DNA of 39,884 nt from Planctomycetota bacterium (lineage in GTDB: Bacteria > Planctomycetota > UBA1135), in contig JASFYO010000037.1 of the NCBI GenBank assembly GCA_045047305.1, positions 1 through 39,884 on the forward strand, read 5' to 3'. Position 1 is the first letter of the stretch; each line of letters opens with the position of its first letter. The notes beneath the pieces are model-generated. The model made no database searches. It had not been told where the DNA came from and saw nothing but the letters and a program-made list of their open reading frames with translations. Below are positions 34,115 to 39,884 of this stretch, piece after piece. Both the position numbers and the translations under genes were made by a program.

Positions 34115-34609
34115 TTAGGGGAAGGTTGAGTAGGAAGGATCGAGGTTGATTTCGGCAACATGATTGTCCACCACCTCAACGGTGCCTTGAACCAGCACAC
34201 CTTTGCGCATAGCGTGAATGGAAACCGAAACAGGGTTTTCCTGCAAATCGGAATCTTCACTTACGATGACTACGGAGAGATAGCCTTCTTCGCGCAAAAA
34301 CCGAGTGACTAAGGCGCGCACCATTTGAATGCGCGAAGGTGGCTCTGCTGGGGCCACAACAGGCACAGAGATTACATCTTCGAGGCGCACCAAATCTTGG
34401 TGGAGTTGTTCAAGCTCAGCGCGGACATCGTCCACGGCTAAGGCCTCCAATTCTTTGGCCAAGGCTTGCACTCGGTCGGGCAAAAAGGCTAACGAACCAA
34501 GCTCCTTCAATCTTTCCTCCGCACCGGCCATGCGACCATGCACGCGCCAAATCAGAACCAAACAGGCTCCAAGCAGCAAAAGGACGAGGACAAGAAGGAT
34601 GATTTCCAT
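34115..34609 (-). CDS. Membrane-anchored coiled-coil hypothetical protein
   Basis: N-terminal [16 protein letters not shown] followed by a heptad-like segment. Ends 5 nt upstream of the asnS start. Confidence 0.7.
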   Translation of the reverse strand: MEIILLVLVLLLLGACLVLIWRVHGRMAGAEERLKELGSLAFLPDRVQALAKELEALAVDDVRAELEQLHQDLVRLEDVISVPVVAPAEPPSRIQMVRALVTRFLREEGYLSVVIVSEDSDLQENPVSVSIHAMRKGVLVQGTVEVVDNHVAEINLDPSYSTFP

Positions 34610-34699
34610 GGTGTGTTGTGCAAGGTTGCGGCCCAAAGGATACCGTTCTCTCCATCCAGGCTCCAGAGCAGTCCCCCGAACGTCTAGGATAAGGCACTC

Positions 34700-36955
34700 A
34701 TGCGTGCCCGACTCCTCTTTAGCGCTGCCTTCGCCCTGCTGTGCCTCCCCCTTTTCCTGCTTCAAGCCGATGAGGTGCAGCTCGAGGCCCAGGCTGTCCA
34801 AGTATTGCTCGGTAAACTGAATTTGGCTGAAGATGGCAGCTTGGAAATCCATTGGCCAAGTCCGAACGAAGAGCGCATGGAGGGACAAGAATCAGCCATT
34901 CGTGCCGCTATCCGCCTAAAACAAGACAAGGCCATCACGCACGATGCGCCAAGCCAATTATTTACGCTTGTTTATCAAGAGGGCGGCCCCATCACCCGGG
35001 TGGAAGTTGTCGCCGCTCATGGACAATTAGTGCTCGAGACGAACAAAACTTTACACCTAGCCGCCGCGACCTTCTCTTTTCCAGAGGACGCCTCTTACCT
35101 GTTCCAGTTGCCAGCCGGTTTGGCGCAAGGGAAGACTCAGCAATGGGAAACCATTAGGAGCGCATTCACCCTGCCTGCTAAAAGTAAGCTTGGTTGGGAT
35201 TCGAAGCTCGAGCAAGCCACGATAGAAATTGGCGATGGCAACGTCCTTTCAACTCTGATCCTCACCGCGGAAAACGGCCTGCTTAAGGTCGAGAGTGAAA
35301 AGCGTGCTGGTTCCACTCACATGGGATCCAAGCTGTCCCTGATTCCTCCACTTTTGGCCATCCTGCTCGCCTTCCTCACGCGACGCACCATCCTGTCCTT
35401 AGGTTTAGGAGTTTTGATTGGTGGCTTCATTGCGGTCAAAGGCGCTGGGGCCAGCAACCTGTTCACGGGCGTCTTTCATCTCCTCTTTGGGCAGATTTTA
35501 TGGGATGGAATCCTTAACGATTCTTTCCACCTGTATATTCTTGGCTTTGTCCTATTGTTGTCTTCCACAGTCGCGGTTATTACACGCATGGGGGGAATCG
35601 ACGGAATGGTCCAGTCTCTGGTTCGATTCGCTAAGAGCTCGCGCAGTGTTCAAGCAGTGGCCTACTTCCTGGGTCTAGGTATTTTCTTCGACGACTACGC
35701 CAACACCATCGTGGTAGGAAACTCTTGTGGACCTCTTTTTGATCGCCAGAAAATCAGCCGTGCGAAGTTAGCCTACATTGTCGATAGCACCGCCGCACCG
35801 GTGGCTGGAGTGGCCGTCCTAAGCACTTGGGTTGCTTATCAAATCAGCACTTTTGCACCGCAACTGCCTACCGTAGGAATGAAAGAATCCGATGGCTACA
35901 CCTTATTCCTTGAAACCATTCCATATCGTTTTTACTGCCTGCTTGCCATTTTGGTCGTTGGCCTAATCATTCTTCTGCAGCGCGATTTTGGACCGATGCT
36001 CAAAGCGGAACGCTCGGCACGCGGCAGCGATGGAGACGCCGTCGACAGCTCCGCGATTGACGATGAACGCATGGAGGCCAAGACTGGCATCCGTGCCCTC
36101 GCGCGTAACGGCCTTATCCCGCTCGCCACGATGATTTTCGGTACTGCGATTTTGATTTACGTATACGGAGCCTCGGCTGCGAATGCGTTGATTGCGCAGG
36201 GCGATGTCGATGCCCTTGCCGCCAAAACCGCGGGTGGTTTTGTTTGGGTGCGCAAAGTTCTAGGTGAATCGGATAGCACCAAAGCAATTTTCGTGGGTTC
36301 GCTCACAGCTTTTATCCTAGCCGTAGTCATGGCGCTTACCCAGCGCCTACTCACCGTGACAGAGACTGTAGTCACCGCAACCAAGGGTATTAAGATTCTA
36401 TTTAAGGACGCCGTCTTGGTCCTCATCTTGGCGTGGTCGATTGGCGCCATTTGCGTCGAGGTCGGAACGGCAAACTACTTGGTGGCTCTTTTCCAAGACT
36501 TGATGTCGCCGCAATGGCTACCCGTAATTCTGTTTGTCACAGCATGCTTTGTTGCCTTCGCCACCGGAAGCTCATGGACCACCATGGCCATCCTGCAACC
36601 CAACGTCGTTTTACTTGCTTACCATTTAGGTGAACAGTCCACTCTCGGCGGGCACACGCTTCTAGTGCTTTCGATTGGCGCTGTCTTGGAAGGTGCGATT
36701 TTTGGGGACCACTGCTCTCCGATCTCTGACACCACAGTGTTGAGCTCTACTGCTTCACGCTGTCAACACATCGAGCACGTACGTACGCAGGCTCCTTATG
36801 CACTGATGACGGCTGGCGTTGCCATTTCCTTTGCCTATGTCCCCGTTGCCCTGTGGAATGTAAGCCCTTACACCTGTCTCGCAATCAGTACTGTCGCTCT
36901 TTTCGCCATCTTACGCTTCTTCGGTAAGTCTCCCGATTCTCCAGTGAAGGCATGA
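34700..36955 (+). CDS. Na+/H+ antiporter NhaC family protein with N-terminal extracytoplasmic domain
   Basis: Contains SLIPPLLAI, IFFDDYAN, KLAYIVDSTAAP, ATGSSW, GAIFGDHCSPISDTT and HVRTQAPYA. Confidence 0.92.
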   Translation: MRARLLFSAAFALLCLPLFLLQADEVQLEAQAVQVLLGKLNLAEDGSLEIHWPSPNEERMEGQESAIRAAIRLKQDKAITHDAPSQLFTLVYQEGGPITRVEVVAAHGQLVLETNKTLHLAAATFSFPEDASYLFQLPAGLAQGKTQQWETIRSAFTLPAKSKLGWDSKLEQATIEIGDGNVLSTLILTAENGLLKVESEKRAGSTHMGSKLSLIPPLLAILLAFLTRRTILSLGLGVLIGGFIAVKGAGASNLFTGVFHLLFGQILWDGILNDSFHLYILGFVLLLSSTVAVITRMGGIDGMVQSLVRFAKSSRSVQAVAYFLGLGIFFDDYANTIVVGNSCGPLFDRQKISRAKLAYIVDSTAAPVAGVAVLSTWVAYQISTFAPQLPTVGMKESDGYTLFLETIPYRFYCLLAILVVGLIILLQRDFGPMLKAERSARGSDGDAVDSSAIDDERMEAKTGIRALARNGLIPLATMIFGTAILIYVYGASAANALIAQGDVDALAAKTAGGFVWVRKVLGESDSTKAIFVGSLTAFILAVVMALTQRLLTVTETVVTATKGIKILFKDAVLVLILAWSIGAICVEVGTANYLVALFQDLMSPQWLPVILFVTACFVAFATGSSWTTMAILQPNVVLLAYHLGEQSTLGGHTLLVLSIGAVLEGAIFGDHCSPISDTTVLSSTASRCQHIEHVRTQAPYALMTAGVAISFAYVPVALWNVSPYTCLAISTVALFAILRFFGKSPDSPVKA

Positions 36956-38886
36956 AAATCTTCCTCCTACTACGTCCGCTTCCTGCTGTCCTCGGCGGTT
37001 CCTTTTGCGCATCCTTGCTACTTGGAAGCCTCCTACGCATCCAGGGTCTAGGCGATGCCACTTGGCTTCATTTGGTAGGCGTCATACAAGTTCTAGGCTT
37101 GCCAATGACCGTCCTCTGCGCTGTCATCAGTGGTTTGCTTTGGAAAAAGGAAAAAGCCTCGCATATGGGTAGCCTTGGCTTTCTACTAGGTGCATGGGTG
37201 ATTTTGGCACCTGAATTGGCTTATCGCATTCTGCCTGAGTCGATGACCCAATTTACAGGTTATGCCCTTGTCCTCCTTGGCTTATGTTTTTTAGGATTTA
37301 TTAAACCCAAACTGAGTCTCCCTTTCGCCAAGGGTATACCGGGCTTGGGGGCCTTAGCTGTGCTTTGGATTGGCGCCACTTTCTTAGTTTCTGGTCCACC
37401 GCCACATATGGGTGGATTGAGCGCAGAGAAAACCTCCGCTACTTCTGCCAACTCACCCAACCTTGCCTTAATCGTTCTCGATACTTTGCGTGCAGATCAC
37501 CTCGGATGTTACGGCTATGAGCGACCTACCTCGCCGAACATAGATCGGTTTGCTGCAGAGGGCATGCTTTATCGCTATGCCAATTCCGTTGCCACTCATA
37601 CCGGGCCCTCCCATGCATCCATGTTTACCGGCATGATGCCGTCCGAACATGGCTTGATGAGTGCAGTTTCTGGAATGCCTACACGCATGCCAACTTTGGC
37701 TGAAACTCTAGGCGATGGCGGCTACAGCACTGCAGGACTCACCTCGAATTTTGTGTTACGCAGCCGCAATGGTTTTGATCGCGGTTTCGATATTTACGAC
37801 GATTCACTTGTCCTCGCTAACGCTCTCGGGCGTGCAGCCAGGCTGCTTGCAGATTCCAGTGGCGTTGGCTTAACCTATGGCGCAAGTGGCATCCGCAACT
37901 CAGACATGAATCATGCCTTTGGCCATTACACGCGTCCACATAGTGTCAAGGGTAACGCTACGACGATCCATGCAATCCAGCTAGTAGACCGTATGGCCGC
38001 AAAGGAAGCTCCGTTCTTCCTTTTTGCCAATTACATGGATGCACACACACCCTATCAAGCTCCTGGTGAATTTTTGGATCGGTTTTTGGAGCACGATCCA
38101 GGTCGCTTCAAGAACCGACTAAGCAACCTTGGATTCCAGAATCGTTTCGACCAGTTACAAAATCAAATCGAGCAAGGGGACGATGTTACCGAGCAAGTGG
38201 CCGCTTTAATGGATCGCTACGATGGAGAAATCGCCTTCCTCGATGAACAACTTCCTGCGCTCTTGGAACACATGCAGGAAGTCAGTGACGCACAGGGCAG
38301 AGAATTGCTCGTCGTCATCACTGGTGATCACGGTGAGGGATTTGCAGAGCATGAAATCCTGGCCCACGGGCGCGAACTGTGGCAGGAATGCCTGCATGTA
38401 CCACTAATCACTTGGGGAAGTTTCTCGCCACAAGGTGTTGTCGAGCAAGATGTCAGTTTGATTGATTTGGCTTCAACGTTTACGGCAGCTGCTGGGCTCA
38501 AGCCTATGGGCCGCAGCCGAGATTTACATGCTGGCCTAGAACGAGATTTAGGGCATTTGCTTGCCGAGGAAGGCCCCTCGCGCAGCTTGACTCACTTCGC
38601 TCCCCTGCAACGTGTCGCGGTTTATAGCCAAGGGCGAAAGATCATTTTGGATCTTGACGAAAACGAGCAAAGCTTCTCACCGATTGGCTTCTTCAATTTG
38701 CGTACGGACCCCCTAGAGCAAACTTCATTAGCTGATTCCGAAGTCACAGCCTTTTTTGCTCAACTCGAAACTTGGTCGGAAACCTGGTGGGGAATTTATC
38801 TAGTTGGCCGAGAACTCGAATCCGGCTCCAACCTTAACTCCGTGGATGCTGCCACCTTAGCCGAATTAGGCTATACCTCGGAATAG
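36952..38886 (+). CDS. Membrane-anchored sulfatase-like (AlkP superfamily) hydrolase/transferase
   Basis: About 5 N-terminal TMs, then PNLALIVLDTLRADH, TGPSHASMFTG, YMDAHTPY, YDGEI, GDHGE and HVPLI. ATGA overlap with the NhaC gene. Confidence 0.9.
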   Translation: MKIFLLLRPLPAVLGGSFCASLLLGSLLRIQGLGDATWLHLVGVIQVLGLPMTVLCAVISGLLWKKEKASHMGSLGFLLGAWVILAPELAYRILPESMTQFTGYALVLLGLCFLGFIKPKLSLPFAKGIPGLGALAVLWIGATFLVSGPPPHMGGLSAEKTSATSANSPNLALIVLDTLRADHLGCYGYERPTSPNIDRFAAEGMLYRYANSVATHTGPSHASMFTGMMPSEHGLMSAVSGMPTRMPTLAETLGDGGYSTAGLTSNFVLRSRNGFDRGFDIYDDSLVLANALGRAARLLADSSGVGLTYGASGIRNSDMNHAFGHYTRPHSVKGNATTIHAIQLVDRMAAKEAPFFLFANYMDAHTPYQAPGEFLDRFLEHDPGRFKNRLSNLGFQNRFDQLQNQIEQGDDVTEQVAALMDRYDGEIAFLDEQLPALLEHMQEVSDAQGRELLVVITGDHGEGFAEHEILAHGRELWQECLHVPLITWGSFSPQGVVEQDVSLIDLASTFTAAAGLKPMGRSRDLHAGLERDLGHLLAEEGPSRSLTHFAPLQRVAVYSQGRKIILDLDENEQSFSPIGFFNLRTDPLEQTSLADSEVTAFFAQLETWSETWWGIYLVGRELESGSNLNSVDAATLAELGYTSE

Positions 38887-39833
38887 GTAAGCTTGGACGA
38901 GGCTGACAACTGCCACCACGCTACTACCACGCTAAAGACTCCTAGCCAAAGCGCTCCGAATAGCCATAACGGCAAGCCTCGAGGCACCTCGCTAGGCTGG
39001 CGCAGAAAGTCATTCGCATCTAAATCGGAAGGTAAAAGTCTTGGCATGTACTCTCTTATGTCTCTGGGTGGAGCAGCCAGCTGAGCAGTCGCGCGTATGT
39101 CTTTTGCAAGCGTGCCAATCCCCTGCGGTTGCGGTTCCAATTGCCATTCCAGCTCCTGCAAGGAAGGCGATGGTGGCTGAAACACCCCTTGAACGAGCAC
39201 CCCAGCAGACTCGGCATAAGAAATTCCAATACTGGGCCAAGCAGCAAGAACTGCATCTTTCCACGCGGGGTGAGCACTGTTGGGGATTTGGAATTCCAAT
39301 TCCAGACTTGGCCAAACACTCCCCCAACTTGCTCCGTTGGTTGAAGCCTGCTGGACGAATTCTAGCCTTAGGTCGGAGCCAGGATCCGCGACCTCAACCA
39401 GAGTCACCCCCGCTAAGCCGCTCAACGGCTTAGAACTCCAATCGCCACAGGTAATCCTAGCGGAGACATTCTCGCTTAAGGCCCAAGACACATTCCAGTG
39501 GGATGCATCGACCGGTAAGGCTTGAAGGATGACCCCCGAAAGAGCTTCCGTGTGCAAAAAATCTTGATTTCGCCAATCCACCCAATCTGGCAAATGAGAT
39601 GGCACTGGTTGATCCGTCCACACAACAACTTCGCGGCCGGGACGTACTTGTTGCAATGCCACGAGGATTTCCCTTTGCCCGATAGACTCAACTTCACTTC
39701 CGAGGATTCTTTGTTCATCAAATCCAAGCGGTATCGGAGCTTTCGCGTGTAAGACGGAGATGCTCTGATCCAAGAGAAGCAAGGAAGGACTGTGATTAGA
39801 AATGGGCTTACACAACGCAAAAGCGGCAATCAA
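38871..39833 (-). CDS. Membrane hypothetical protein (BatA/vWA-like N-terminus, C-terminal TM); 5' end uncertain
   Basis: A hydrophobic segment ending ALCKP followed by LLLLDQSIS resembles the BatA + vWA junction. C-terminal TM LWLFGALWLG. Confidence 0.55.
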   Translation of the reverse strand: MIAAFALCKPISNHSPSLLLLDQSISVLHAKAPIPLGFDEQRILGSEVESIGQREILVALQQVRPGREVVVWTDQPVPSHLPDWVDWRNQDFLHTEALSGVILQALPVDASHWNVSWALSENVSARITCGDWSSKPLSGLAGVTLVEVADPGSDLRLEFVQQASTNGASWGSVWPSLELEFQIPNSAHPAWKDAVLAAWPSIGISYAESAGVLVQGVFQPPSPSLQELEWQLEPQPQGIGTLAKDIRATAQLAAPPRDIREYMPRLLPSDLDANDFLRQPSEVPRGLPLWLFGALWLGVFSVVVAWWQLSASSKLTYSEV

Positions 39834-39884
39834 AAAGGCTAATAAGAAAAGCCAAAAAGAAAGCTCTCCTCAACATTAAACTGC

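Overview
Bacterial chromosomal segment of roughly 53% GC (estimated by eye). A Planctomycetota origin is inferred from the PurS-PurL fusion, the ECF/anti-sigma pair, the membrane sulfatase-like protein and the style of the secreted proteins. Most of the window is housekeeping: the start of the F0F1 ATP synthase operon (atpZ/atpI-like, atpB, atpE), ndk, accA, purL/purQ, purD, a Fur-family regulator, pepN, asnS and three tRNAs (Arg-UCU, His-GUG, Leu-UAG). Accessory loci include an ECF sigma/anti-sigma operon whose HtrA-like member has lost its catalytic triad, an orphan MASE1-PAS kinase followed by an SLX1-like GIY-YIG nuclease, and a moeB / cysteine-desulfurase-like / mocA-like cluster. A block of secreted hypothetical proteins lies at 27.1-32.6 kb. 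The most notable observation is a shared ~100-115 aa C-terminal domain on three otherwise unrelated secreted proteins, a candidate lineage-specific sorting or anchoring signal analogous to the T9SS CTD. No integrase, transposase or CRISPR array was seen.
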